This document shows, in pieces, positions 54,195 through 64,000 of a stretch of DNA of 64,000 nt. The stretch is taken from the IMG/VR virus record IMGVR_UViG_3300020057_000339; one strand, 5' to 3'. Below the pieces are notes generated by a model. That model saw only the letters and a list, made by a program, of their open reading frames with translations. It was not told the DNA's origin and ran no database searches. The DNA comes from an uncultured virus (IMG/VR IMGVR_UViG_3300020057_000339) (Duplodnaviria; Heunggongvirae; Uroviricota; Caudoviricetes). Both the position numbers and the translations under genes were made by a program. Within the stretch, counting starts at the first letter, position 1. Each line of letters starts with the position of its first letter.

Positions 54195-55990
54195 ACAAAC
54201 TCCTGCGACTTCTTCGTCGGCGGCTTATCACTCATTTCAAGTCGCACTTGATCACGCGTCTTGCTAGCACTTGATTGCTGATTACCGATCGAGACAAATT
54301 GCTGCATGAGTTGATCGCGTGTTACGCCCTGTTGAATGTGAGAGATCCACATCTTGGCCCCTTCGGTATCCACCGAAGGATACTTAAGAATGTTCAAGTA
54401 TAGCCAATTCACAAACTGCTCATCGCTAAGGTTAGCCGGAACAGGAATACTACGCACTTCGTCAACCTGAGCGATGGGACTATCCCATGTGTCGGCACGA
54501 TCCAAAATTTTGACATTATCCAACACGTACTCCCACTGATGCCACAACTCATCCCAGTTGTAGTTTTCTTCAACGCATTCACGAGCCTCGTTACTAAGTG
54601 CCGCTAGACGCACTGGATCCTTAATCATGTTACGCATTTTAAGTGCTAGATCAGCGATATCAGGCAACGCCCTCTTGCATGAAGTTTCAGGTTCATAATA
54701 GTATCTATCAACGTTAATTACTTCACCACCCTTGTGGCACGTATAATTACGTTCAGTGATATCAGATTCCTTGAAATGAGAATAATCAGGGTAACGGCCC
54801 TTCTCTCGCATGGCAGTGTAATCCATAACCAAGGCTGGGACACCACAAGCCTTGGCTTCTTGAATAGGCATGCCGTCGCCTTCACAAATAGAACACTGAA
54901 CGTAAATGTCCATCAGATTGTATAGCTTAGCTAGATCGTTGCGGTCGAAGCCACCAAGCGTGCTCGGCGGCGAAGCGTCCGTCTTGCCGCAATAACAGCA
55001 CGGTAGCTTAATGCGTCCACCTGCTTGAACCGGACGACCAAAGAGGTTGGCGGCAAAAGTGATAGACGGCTGCTTACAAGAATCACAATAGAGAGATTGT
55101 AAGACGCTACCGCGAATGCCCTTATGATGATTGGCCATCCACTCATAACGATCTAGGCGTGCTACGTGACGAGGATAGTCATATGAATGTATGTTGTCTG
55201 GCCAACACGAATGAATGAGTAATACAGCCTTGTCAACTTGTGACTCGCCCTTATACTTATTCTTCATTAACGCAAAAGCGTCAATAAGATCGGGATAGAG
55301 TTTGCGACTTTGATTACGCATAACGGTACCAATAACAGGTACGTCAGCGGCCAAATTCCAGTGTTCGCGACTCGTCTTCTTGTCAGTTGGCTTGAAAGAG
55401 TTAATGTCTACGCCAGGACGCATCGGCTTCGGGAAAATCTTCATGGCACGCTTGCCGTTTGTAGCTAGCGAAGATTGGCGACGCAACGTATGAATGCCAT
55501 AATCCGAATACGCCAAAACCATGTTGGCGTTTTCATATGACTGAATCCACTCTTCTTGTTGAGGTTCAGCGTCAACCGTTGGCATTACAAGCCACTTGTA
55601 CCATGGGCGAAAGATGTTACGTTCTTGGAATTCAAGCATCCACCAGTCACGAATATCAATAACGATATCCGGCTTAAAATCAACAAGAGCGTAAGCAAAC
55701 TTGTATTCACCAAACTGATTAGTGTTCTGTCCGCGTGTACGTGGGTGCGGATTTTGCTGTTGATAAACTTGATTCTCTTCATTAGTGGTTGGCATCACGC
55801 CATAAAAACGCCAACGACCAGCAATAAACTCTTGTACACGAGGATCGTCCTGACGTGCATACGAGCCAAGCTCAGCAATTTCATACTTGCCTGTAGCGGC
55901 TAATCGAGGCAACAGCTCACGATAGTAGGTTGAAAAACCAGTATTCAAAAAACTAGCTTCACCAACAAATAGAATTCGTTTCTTATACAT
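54191..55990 (-). CDS. GT-B glycosyltransferase with Zn-ribbon insertion and DUF4214-like C-terminus
   Basis: RNQSRK, EGDGMPIQEAKACG; CDSC..CCYC; SDEQFVNWLYLNIL..D.EG...W. Confidence 0.82.
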   Translation of the reverse strand: MYKKRILFVGEASFLNTGFSTYYRELLPRLAATGKYEIAELGSYARQDDPRVQEFIAGRWRFYGVMPTTNEENQVYQQQNPHPRTRGQNTNQFGEYKFAYALVDFKPDIVIDIRDWWMLEFQERNIFRPWYKWLVMPTVDAEPQQEEWIQSYENANMVLAYSDYGIHTLRRQSSLATNGKRAMKIFPKPMRPGVDINSFKPTDKKTSREHWNLAADVPVIGTVMRNQSRKLYPDLIDAFALMKNKYKGESQVDKAVLLIHSCWPDNIHSYDYPRHVARLDRYEWMANHHKGIRGSVLQSLYCDSCKQPSITFAANLFGRPVQAGGRIKLPCCYCGKTDASPPSTLGGFDRNDLAKLYNLMDIYVQCSICEGDGMPIQEAKACGVPALVMDYTAMREKGRYPDYSHFKESDITERNYTCHKGGEVINVDRYYYEPETSCKRALPDIADLALKMRNMIKDPVRLAALSNEARECVEENYNWDELWHQWEYVLDNVKILDRADTWDSPIAQVDEVRSIPVPANLSDEQFVNWLYLNILKYPSVDTEGAKMWISHIQQGVTRDQLMQQFVSIGNQQSSASKTRDQVRLEMSDKPPTKKSQEFV

Positions 55991-56664
55991 TATGCCGCGT
56001 CCTCAAGGGCTCGTTTGATTCTGGTCTTAAGGCGGGTCTCTTTTTTGGAAACCGCCCTTCTTGAAATATGAAGAATGGCCGCTATCTGTTCTACAGAGAG
56101 ACCACCCAGTATGCGTCTATGAAGGATGATACGATCTGTCTCGTCCCTTACAACACTGTCCAATAGATCCCTGATCGAGAAATCATTCTCAATACCGTCT
56201 ACCGTGATATCTTCTTGTACTTGTGTATAGTGTCTACGACTATAGGTGATACGCAAGTCGCGAGCATGATCTGCATCGAAATTGCGACCATACTTGTTAG
56301 TTAACATAACTGCGATCTCTTCGTCACTTTGTCCTTTTTCGTGCAATTTTGACGCCATAGACGCCAAGGCGGTCGTTCTAAAATCAACTGTCAATACACC
56401 AAGAAAACGAGCCGCCTCGTTAAAGATCGCGTTTCGAATGGAGTTTGTAACAAACGACTTGATGTTAGTACCAGATGAAGGATCATATGCTTTAACCGCT
56501 CGTAAAACAGCCATATCTCCAACCTGATACAAGTCGTTGATATCAAGCGTCGCAGATGAGCAACAGGCACGTTTAGCAATGTAGCGAACAAAGGGATGAT
56601 ACTGTTCAAGAATCTGTGCTACTGTGTCGTCAGATACATCAACCATCATGTCTAAGTCCTCCAT
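55990..56664 (-). CDS. RNA polymerase sigma factor
   Basis: DLYQVGDMAVLRAVKAYDPSSG..SFV...IR; C-terminal HTH SVEQIAAILHISRRAV. Confidence 0.85.
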   Translation of the reverse strand: MEDLDMMVDVSDDTVAQILEQYHPFVRYIAKRACCSSATLDINDLYQVGDMAVLRAVKAYDPSSGTNIKSFVTNSIRNAIFNEAARFLGVLTVDFRTTALASMASKLHEKGQSDEEIAVMLTNKYGRNFDADHARDLRITYSRRHYTQVQEDITVDGIENDFSIRDLLDSVVRDETDRIILHRRILGGLSVEQIAAILHISRRAVSKKETRLKTRIKRALEDAA

Positions 56665-56697
56665 CCATCATTATAATGACACCAATCAACATAACCG

Positions 56698-56913
56698 TCA
56701 CTTAGTTTTTCGTTTTTGTGTGGGAGGAATTCGTCTAAACCACATGAGCGGCACAGAGAATGGATAAAGTGGTTCCCAGCCGTTTTTTGATCGTGCGTTA
56801 ATTGCTTTCTTGATGATGACATTAAGATCTTCAACCTTTGCCATCCCCAATTCAACAAGTTTGCGTTGATCTTCCGTGAGACCAATATCTTCAAAATCGT
56901 ATTCGTAATTCAT
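56698..56913 (-). CDS. Small hypothetical protein
   Basis: Coupled to the dnaE stop; GWEP motif. Confidence 0.55.
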   Translation of the reverse strand: MNYEYDFEDIGLTEDQRKLVELGMAKVEDLNVIIKKAINARSKNGWEPLYPFSVPLMWFRRIPPTQKRKTK

Positions 56914-59900
56914 TTAAGTCTTTCCACAACGTCGGCGATCAGTGAGCCACGATCATCAACTTTACCTTTAATACGAATGACATTGCCAGATTCCAAAAGC
57001 CCTTTAGATAGAGCAAATGTTCTTGGAAAAACGACGATGTTGTCCATTTGATAGGTATTGTCACGAGCTGTCACAAAGGCCATGTCATCACCCTTCTTGG
57101 TTGTAATTTGACGTACGCTATCAACACATACGGCAATCTCGAAAGCCATATCAGCAGATGCGTTCTTCACCAAGTCCACGCACTTGTGGCGGGCTTTGTA
57201 GATGTCGGCTTCGCTACCACTAAGTGAAATACCAAGATAAAACTGCTCCCAGGCAATGCGTTGAGCCTTACTATCAAAGAGTTCGCCAGCATCGTACTCT
57301 TGTAATAGCTCACGAATTGTAGCACGACGACGTACGTTCGGAATTGTCACGCCATATTTCTCTTTAATCTGATCGACCTTGTTGTCATCGGACAATGATT
57401 TCACGAAACGCACCCAATCAGTGACATCAGTTTCAATTTGCATCAACCGCGTCACAGTCTCGCGTTCCTTGTCGGTCAAGTTATCAAGCAACTTCAAACG
57501 TGAAACGCCACGAACGCGATTTTCTTGCACGTCATCAAGTGCTCCACCTTTAATGAACGCCATCATAGTGGCACTCGTTACCTTACTCTTGGTGGTCGCC
57601 CACTTCCAGATGATCTCGTCGAAAGTCTTGAGGCCCTTCGACAACTTGATCATGTCGCCCACAGCGGCCACGCCAACACCCTTGAGGGCTGTGAGACCGA
57701 AAGCGATATGCCTGTCTGTGACCACATCGAAGTCTTTATTTGCATGCGTAATACGAGGCGGTGTGACTTCGATACCAAATAGTTTGGCATCGTACACCAA
57801 ACCACTCAGTTTCTCGGCTTCGCCGTCTGAATTCGAAAGCTTAGCACACAAGAACTCAACCGTATAGTTGGCTTTGAGATAGGCAGTCTCATAAGCCATC
57901 AAAGCATAACCGACACCGTGAGATTTGTTAAATCCATACCCCGCGAACTTGTCGATGTAGCTCCAAATAGACAGAGCAATGTCAGGGTCAATCCCGTTCT
58001 TGCTACATCCAGCCGTGAAGATTTGTTCCCACTTCTTCATCTCTTCGGGCTTCTTCTTGCCCATCGCCTTACGCACCTTGTCGGCGTCGATCAAAGACAT
58101 GCCAGCAAGTACACGACAGATCTCAATTACCTGTTCTTGATACAAAAGACCTGAATAGGTATTCTTGAGAATAGGCTCAAGAGCAGGATGAATGTAGGTC
58201 GGATCCCCCCCCTTCATCTTCACGTCGCGATATTGAGTTGCCATACCAGAGTCAAGCGGACCAGGACGAATAATACTACATAAGTCACTTAGCTGTTCTA
58301 TACTTTCCGGCCTAAGATTCTTGCTCCATGTTCTACCAAGCTGCTTTTCGATCTGGAAAACACCAACCGTAAACCCCTGACCAATCATGGCGTAGGTAAT
58401 CGGATCGTCCAGAGGCATAGAAGAGCGAGAGATGTCAATCTTGCGACGCTCAGCAACCAAATCCATGGTCACCTGAATGTCATCAAGTGTATTCAATCCC
58501 AAGATATCCAACTTAAGCAGATTCAAAGAATCGACCGTGTTCATGTCCCAACCGAAAATTAGATCGCCATCCTTTGAACGAGTCAGAGGATAGGCACTTT
58601 CGTCAAACGGAACGTCCGAGATCACAACAGCAGCAGCATGCAAACCAGTTGACTTGTAGCAACCTTCGAGGGCACGAGCGATGGTGAACCATGGCTTGTA
58701 CTTCTCGGCGTATTCTTTGAGTTCCTTGACGGACTCGATAGCCTCATCCAGACTGATAGCAACGTGCTCGTCGTTCTTCGCGGGAACCAACGCGGTGATC
58801 TTGTTGGCCTCATCGAACGGCATGTCATACACACGAAACACTTCCTTGAGCACGGCTCTCGCTTGCAAGCCATTGAAGGTTACAAGCTGAGCAACGTTGC
58901 CAGCACCGAAACGATTGCGAACATACTCCAAGACCTTCTGACGCTTCGAACGTGGCACGTCCGTGTCGATGTCAGGCAATCCACCACGCCCCTTGTTCAT
59001 GAAGCGTTCCCAAATCAAGCCGTACTGGAGTGGATCAATGTTGGTAATCCCGAGGGCGTAACTCACAAGGCTACCACCAGCAGAGCCACGGCCACGCCCG
59101 AGTAAAATTTCCTTGCTGTGAATCCACGAGATCACGTCGTGAACGATGAGGAAGTAGTCAGAGAACCCCATTTCGCGAATGTCATTCAATTCACGATCGA
59201 GACGATCCTGATAGTCTTGTTCTGATCCAGCAACCTTGAGAATACGAGAAAGCCCATCGTTGGCAATCTCAACCAAATACTCATCAGAAGTCTTGCCATC
59301 TGGCACGAAAGCGTACTTAGGTAAGCGTCTCTTGTTAATGTCAATCGTGACGTTACAACGCTCAGCAATCTCATTCGTAACATCAAGCTCAGCCTCTTGT
59401 AGACCAGCCGCAAGCATTTGCTCGCGAGACTTGATGTAGTATTCTTCGTGCGAAAAGTCAGTGTACGTGAGCTTACTGTAGGCATTCTCGCTCATAGCCA
59501 GCAACGTCTTATGAGACTCCGCGTCATGCTGATGAACGTAGTGAACGTTGCCGGTCGCCACGGTCTTAATGCCATACTTGAGTGCCATAGTACGCAAGCG
59601 ACTATTGATCTGTTCTTGCTGCACTAAGCCAGTAGATTGCACTTCGAGGAAGAAATGAGATTGATCGTAGATCTTCAAGAAGCGACGTACCATGCCCTCG
59701 GCTTTAAAAATAGCTGCGGGCTCAACGTCATTGCCATCCTCAGTGGGCTTATCATACAGGTACCTTGCAATCACACCATCAAGGCTACCGCCAGTCAAAC
59801 AAATCACACCCTCTTTGTACTTTTCAAGCAACTTAAAGTCAACACGGGGATTGTAATAATAGTTAGCTTCGCTATTCGCCTCCGAAACAATCCTCGCGAT

Positions 59901-60197
59901 ATTCTTCCAACCTTCGTCCGTCTCTGCCAACAGAATCAAATGCGAAACTTGTCGCACCTTTTGAATACGTAGCTGCTCAGCGTCCTCACAGAAGAAAATA
60001 TCAACGCCAAGAATAGGCTTTAGTCCAGCAGTCTTGGCCTGCTTGTAAAACTCAATCGCATTAAAAAGATTGGAATAGTCTGTTAGTGCGACGGACGTTT
60101 GTCCCAAGTCTTTGGCACACTTAATGATGTCCTTGACGTTGGCCGATCCATATAGCATCGACGCCTTCGAGTGAACGTTTAGGTGAGTGAAATTCAT
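56910..60197 (-). CDS. dnaE: DNA polymerase III alpha subunit
   Basis: PHP domain; GRGSAGGSLV, PDIDTD, HAAAVVI, KLDILGL, YQEQ, GYGFNKSH; C-terminal OB fold. Confidence 0.96.
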   Translation of the reverse strand: MNFTHLNVHSKASMLYGSANVKDIIKCAKDLGQTSVALTDYSNLFNAIEFYKQAKTAGLKPILGVDIFFCEDAEQLRIQKVRQVSHLILLAETDEGWKNIARIVSEANSEANYYYNPRVDFKLLEKYKEGVICLTGGSLDGVIARYLYDKPTEDGNDVEPAAIFKAEGMVRRFLKIYDQSHFFLEVQSTGLVQQEQINSRLRTMALKYGIKTVATGNVHYVHQHDAESHKTLLAMSENAYSKLTYTDFSHEEYYIKSREQMLAAGLQEAELDVTNEIAERCNVTIDINKRRLPKYAFVPDGKTSDEYLVEIANDGLSRILKVAGSEQDYQDRLDRELNDIREMGFSDYFLIVHDVISWIHSKEILLGRGRGSAGGSLVSYALGITNIDPLQYGLIWERFMNKGRGGLPDIDTDVPRSKRQKVLEYVRNRFGAGNVAQLVTFNGLQARAVLKEVFRVYDMPFDEANKITALVPAKNDEHVAISLDEAIESVKELKEYAEKYKPWFTIARALEGCYKSTGLHAAAVVISDVPFDESAYPLTRSKDGDLIFGWDMNTVDSLNLLKLDILGLNTLDDIQVTMDLVAERRKIDISRSSMPLDDPITYAMIGQGFTVGVFQIEKQLGRTWSKNLRPESIEQLSDLCSIIRPGPLDSGMATQYRDVKMKGGDPTYIHPALEPILKNTYSGLLYQEQVIEICRVLAGMSLIDADKVRKAMGKKKPEEMKKWEQIFTAGCSKNGIDPDIALSIWSYIDKFAGYGFNKSHGVGYALMAYETAYLKANYTVEFLCAKLSNSDGEAEKLSGLVYDAKLFGIEVTPPRITHANKDFDVVTDRHIAFGLTALKGVGVAAVGDMIKLSKGLKTFDEIIWKWATTKSKVTSATMMAFIKGGALDDVQENRVRGVSRLKLLDNLTDKERETVTRLMQIETDVTDWVRFVKSLSDDNKVDQIKEKYGVTIPNVRRRATIRELLQEYDAGELFDSKAQRIAWEQFYLGISLSGSEADIYKARHKCVDLVKNASADMAFEIAVCVDSVRQITTKKGDDMAFVTARDNTYQMDNIVVFPRTFALSKGLLESGNVIRIKGKVDDRGSLIADVVERLK

Positions 60198-60874
60198 TTG
60201 AGTCTGTCTGGATTTACGGACGACTTGTTACGATGTCCGTAATCTGTTTTCGTGGCCTTATTGATTGTCTTGCCGGGCTGACGGTCCTTCGATGTATTGC
60301 GTGTTCTGCTCATACGAGCCAACCGATCGTTGTTAGCTTTCTGTGAACGACTATCATTATAGCCGCCCTGTCCGTCATAGTTGCCTGTACGTACCGGCTC
60401 GATACCATGACGATCCCACAAATCACCAACACGCATTCTAGTTTTGATACCAGGAGACGACGGGTAATTCAGAACAGAGTCATCAATAGCGGTTAGCTTA
60501 CAGTCGCACATCTTTCCATCCACTACATGATTACACGCAATGTAACCCTCGTCAACCAAATTCGGCAAATCGGCCAGCGATCCTGTAACGTTCACAAATT
60601 CATCATTACTGGGACCAAAACAGACGTGTAGTTGCTTGCCGAGCGTCGAGATTAGACTCAAGTGACCATGCTCGCAACGATAGCCTTTCGCTTGACTAAA
60701 CACTGTTGCACCACCCACAATCGTAATGGCAGAATGTTCTGGCTTGCAATCAGGACACACCTTCTTCATCTTAGGAATATCCGATTCAAGTTTCTGCTCC
60801 TGACTCCTATTCATGACCAATTCGGTAACGTGTGAGCGTTTCCAGCACATAATACGTACTACTGATTTCGACAT
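60194..60874 (-). CDS. Cys/His-rich hypothetical protein
   Basis: CWKRSH, CPDC, CEHGH, CNH..CDC. Confidence 0.65.
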   Translation of the reverse strand: MSKSVVRIMCWKRSHVTELVMNRSQEQKLESDIPKMKKVCPDCKPEHSAITIVGGATVFSQAKGYRCEHGHLSLISTLGKQLHVCFGPSNDEFVNVTGSLADLPNLVDEGYIACNHVVDGKMCDCKLTAIDDSVLNYPSSPGIKTRMRVGDLWDRHGIEPVRTGNYDGQGGYNDSRSQKANNDRLARMSRTRNTSKDRQPGKTINKATKTDYGHRNKSSVNPDRLK

Positions 60875-60875
60875 A

Positions 60876-61454
60876 TCACTCCTTCTCATCCCAAATGTGA
60901 TCAATCAAACCCCACTCTAAAGCCTGTTCGGCGTCAAAGTAAGTGTCGCCAGATTTTTTACAAAGACCTAGCCAAAACTTAGAAGTTTTGTTACTGTGTT
61001 TACCCATCAATTCACCCCACTTGGATCCCATAACTCTATAGTGCCTTAAGTCCAATTCAAGCTCATCAACTCTTTTGGCACCAAATTCTTCCCATGACTC
61101 ATGAACCATGAAAAAGGTATTGGGAGTAGCATAGCGATGTCCTTTTTCGCCTGCGGCAACAAGCAGTGGTGCCGCAGACATACACTTGCCAATGGCTGTA
61201 GTATAAATGGGACTCACTAATGTACGACATACATCATACAGGGCAAACATATCATATTCAGATCCACCAAACGAGCCTACAAAAAGTTCAATTGGCTTAT
61301 TTGAATATTGAGACTCCATTAAATATAGACCTTTAATGACAGCACCAATACTGCTGGCATCAACGTCGTCAAACAAGAACACTTTTCGATTGGTAATGTC
61401 AACGCCATATTGAAAGTATGCGTCAATCAGATCTTTTGAAATTCGTGCCATCAT
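60876..61454 (-). CDS. ClpP-like protease
   Basis: SFGG, GKCMSAA (Ser), FMVHE (His), DTYFDAEQALEWGLID (Asp). Confidence 0.88.
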   Translation of the reverse strand: MMARISKDLIDAYFQYGVDITNRKVFLFDDVDASSIGAVIKGLYLMESQYSNKPIELFVGSFGGSEYDMFALYDVCRTLVSPIYTTAIGKCMSAAPLLVAAGEKGHRYATPNTFFMVHESWEEFGAKRVDELELDLRHYRVMGSKWGELMGKHSNKTSKFWLGLCKKSGDTYFDAEQALEWGLIDHIWDEKE

Positions 61455-62419
61455 TCCGTCTTGAACTTTCCCGTCCACTTAGATGCACACACTTCCGTAT
61501 CGCAAAGCGACTTACACTTCCAAGCCCAACGCTGAGAGAAGTCTTCGTTACTACGAACAATACGATCAATCCAATTGGTGTCTTGAATCTCATGAATCTT
61601 TTTAACTGTCGAAATTTCTGTCTCAGCATCCTCTTCCGCTGTAAAAGCGATAGTAATGGGGGTGCTGGTAAAGTAGTCGAAAGTCAACATGACATTCTTG
61701 TATTTGTATCCCTTGTTGTTCACGTCTTCAATGAACTCTTTACGGCTCGCCATTGAATAGATCTTTACTTGAATGTCTTCGCGACACTCAGCATAACTTT
61801 GTACCCAAGCACCACTCTTATAGTCGATGATGTGAATCGTTTCGGGATCTTCTTCGATCACGAGATCCATAATGCCGATCAGAGGAACGTCCGTGCCTGT
61901 AAGCTTGATATTAAAGGAATACTCAGTGCCGATAGGAACGCCCTTCGCGTCCCGAAGCATCTTGTCCCAAATGCCATTTCTATACTTCTTAATGGTCGTC
62001 TCAAGCATACTGACCGAACCATCAAACAGGTTCCGTGGACAGCCCGTTAGATCATCAAGCTTCTCTTTAGAGATGCCACATATATCGCCCTGCTTATATG
62101 GACAGGTATCACAGTAAGGCTTCTTGTCATGATAGTCTTTAGTCTTCGCCCAGACTAGAGGTGACTCCATAATCTCAGGCTGACCATTGCGGTCTAACGT
62201 AGCAAGTTCACCAGCATACCCCCTGTACAGACGACTCATCCAATCTGTATCATTTTCATTAGCAAGATTCTCCAAGACATCATGCAATAAAGATCCATGT
62301 ACCGCCCCCCAATTTGTCTTAAGCTTTAGACCAGGGCAATTATAGGTAAGCCAGTATTTAAACTTACACATGTCATACGTCTTGATACGGCTAGGTGAAC
62401 ATGATTTGAGTTTTAGCAT
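61451..62419 (-). CDS. PD-(D/E)XK nuclease (RecB/Cas4-like)
   Basis: SPSRIKTYDMC, GSLLHDVLE, GIMDLV, IIDYKSG, Q..IY, terminal Cys. Confidence 0.85.
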   Translation of the reverse strand: MLKLKSCSPSRIKTYDMCKFKYWLTYNCPGLKLKTNWGAVHGSLLHDVLENLANENDTDWMSRLYRGYAGELATLDRNGQPEIMESPLVWAKTKDYHDKKPYCDTCPYKQGDICGISKEKLDDLTGCPRNLFDGSVSMLETTIKKYRNGIWDKMLRDAKGVPIGTEYSFNIKLTGTDVPLIGIMDLVIEEDPETIHIIDYKSGAWVQSYAECREDIQVKIYSMASRKEFIEDVNNKGYKYKNVMLTFDYFTSTPITIAFTAEEDAETEISTVKKIHEIQDTNWIDRIVRSNEDFSQRWAWKCKSLCDTEVCASKWTGKFKTE

Positions 62420-63459
62420 CCTACACCCTTGAAAATGAGTTGAAGTTGTTCGATAGAAAGTTCGCCGCAGTCGTGCGATCCATTAAGATCAACTTGATGA
62501 ACGTTAAAGATGTCACCAACAACACGCTTAAGTCTCGTGAGTCCCTTGTCACCGGCATCGTTTTCATCGTCATCATAAGCGACGTACACGTCAGTAATGC
62601 CATACTTAACCAATAGAGTTCTGTGGTTGACACAAAATGTCGTTCCGAGGGTCGCTACCCAGTTATGAATGCCGGACATTTCCAGCTTCATGCCATCAAG
62701 CGGCCCCTCTACTACGATCATCTTCCTCTGCTGACCCATAAAACGCTTTGCTCTATTGAGATTGAATAGCAATGAACTAATCAAAAGTTCGCCACGCTTT
62801 GGCCATAGATTATAGTTGCGACCATGAATCCATTTGCGATACTCGGTACCCTTCTCAGTGAAGTATTTCTCTGAATGAATAGTACGGCCACTATAGCCAA
62901 CCAAGAATCCATCATGGTCTCGAATCGGAAACACTACACGATCATGCATGAATGTTCCAGGACGTTGCCACAATCCAGCGTTGTAGTCTCTTAGTACTTC
63001 CTTGCTAAAGCCACGCTTAATCAGGTACTCGGGATCCATCTGCAAGAAACGCAGATTATCCTCCTTGAGTGGTTCATGTGTATGAAGTGCCGTTCCACGA
63101 TAAAGATTCTCGGGCGGGGCTGCGACTTGAGTTACGTCAATACTCTTCTCAGATAGACGATCATGAATCCACTTAGAAGTGCCGAGAAAATTGATGCCGA
63201 GAATGCTACCTACAAGACCAAAAATGTCGTTGCCTCGTGACTCTTCGCAGTGATGAGTCCAACACACCCACCTGCCGAGACCTGGACGCCAACTAAAGGC
63301 GGTGGGATTATCACGATTTCCACCATGTTGTTGACACTTGCAACATGACTGAATAAGACCATCTCCACGATCGGTATAGTTGATTGCAAGCTTATCAAGT
63401 AGATAAGTAATGTTGCGATTTGCGTGATTACGTAAAGCCACTTTTTCGTTTTCAGTCAT
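62413..63459 (-). CDS. DNA primase (DnaG-like)
   Basis: Zn-binding N-terminus; RVVFPIRD..GYSGR; VVEGPLD; YDDD TOPRIM. Confidence 0.9.
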   Translation of the reverse strand: MTENEKVALRNHANRNITYLLDKLAINYTDRGDGLIQSCCKCQQHGGNRDNPTAFSWRPGLGRWVCWTHHCEESRGNDIFGLVGSILGINFLGTSKWIHDRLSEKSIDVTQVAAPPENLYRGTALHTHEPLKEDNLRFLQMDPEYLIKRGFSKEVLRDYNAGLWQRPGTFMHDRVVFPIRDHDGFLVGYSGRTIHSEKYFTEKGTEYRKWIHGRNYNLWPKRGELLISSLLFNLNRAKRFMGQQRKMIVVEGPLDGMKLEMSGIHNWVATLGTTFCVNHRTLLVKYGITDVYVAYDDDENDAGDKGLTRLKRVVGDIFNVHQVDLNGSHDCGELSIEQLQLIFKGVGC

Positions 63460-64000
63460 CTTCATCATCGGCACCCTTTCTCTTGGAGGCTACGTCACGA
63501 CTCTTCTTAAACTGATCTAACCGCTTTTGACGCTCTTCATTGAAGTTCACGGTACTAAGGCCGATCTCTTTGAAATCACCACAACTCAAATCAGCGTCAA
63601 AATTGATGTGACCAGTCGGTGTACCCGCACCATAACGGGTAACAAATACTCGTAAATAGTGAGAACCATTGCCGTCAAACGCTCTTTCATCATCTGTCTT
63701 TCTTTTAAGGTAACTCACCGACGTAACGTTTTCGCTAATACGCTTACCACCAGCAACACACTTGATGCCTTCGTCAACCTCATTATTTGTCTGACCAAAC
63801 GCCAGACAAGGAATGTTATACTTCTTCATCGTGTCATGTAACAACGCTACGTTGATACCGTGCATCTGCCACTCAGCTAAATTATGATTAGCCTTAAGTT
63901 CAGAAACGGTCGCCAACTTAATGTAGTCGTAGACTACTAAACACTGTGCATTCTTTGTAGTGCGGTCTGGCTTAACGTCTTTTAGAATCCAGCGACGTAG
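63452..64000 (-). CDS. DnaB-like replicative helicase, C-terminal part (truncated by window)
   Basis: VYDYIKL Walker B near 63930; FGQTN; TRYG; adjacent to primase. Confidence 0.75.
   Translation of the reverse strand, partial: LRRWILKDVKPDRTTKNAQCLVVYDYIKLATVSELKANHNLAEWQMHGINVALLHDTMKKYNIPCLAFGQTNNEVDEGIKCVAGGKRISENVTSVSYLKRKTDDERAFDGNGSHYLRVFVTRYGAGTPTGHINFDADLSCGDFKEIGLSTVNFNEERQKRLDQFKKSRDVASKRKGADDEDD

Noticed and set aside
35649..55990. Bacterial O-antigen/capsule locus
   Set aside because: No wzx/wzy/ABC exporter; interspersed with phage HNH and hypothetical genes and contiguous with phage replication genes
61451..62419. Cas4 of a CRISPR-Cas system
   Set aside because: No array or other cas genes; replication context fits a phage recombination nuclease
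2314..63841. Many short antisense or alternate-frame ORFs in the track
   Set aside because: They are shadows of well-supported genes and have no recognisable motifs

Overview
This looks like a 64 kb segment of a large (probably jumbo) tailed bacteriophage genome. Coding is dense, uses the standard code, and forms two convergent arms (+ strand 1-23714, - strand 23750-64000) that meet at a hairpin terminator. The + arm carries six tRNA genes, all with U34 anticodons, including a rare Ile-UAU. It also holds an NAD/ADP-ribose/RNA-repair cluster: macrodomain, PRPS-like, a NAMPT-like gene split in two around an internal promoter, two RNA ligases, DNA ligase, kinase, NADAR and CCA enzyme. Further along are an orphan IS200/IS605-type right-end/omega-RNA, nucleotide enzymes, an SMC-like ATPase, a sigma factor, UDG, Map, Def and PhoH. 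The - arm carries probable virion fibre genes, ThyX, NrdJ, a ~20 kb glycan cluster (Gmd, Fcl, about 10 glycosyltransferases, 4 methyltransferases) invaded by HNH endonucleases, a second sigma factor, DnaE, ClpP, a PD-(D/E)XK nuclease, primase and the end of a DnaB helicase. Other notable features are near-consensus sigma70 promoters that contain inverted repeats and appear to give leaderless mRNAs, a candidate phage-sigma motif TTAGTGTAWTC, several internally deleted minigene scars, and a secreted protein that may point to a Planctomycetota host. All calls come from motif recognition by eye; no database searches were run. Several starts were moved downstream of the ORF-track start.
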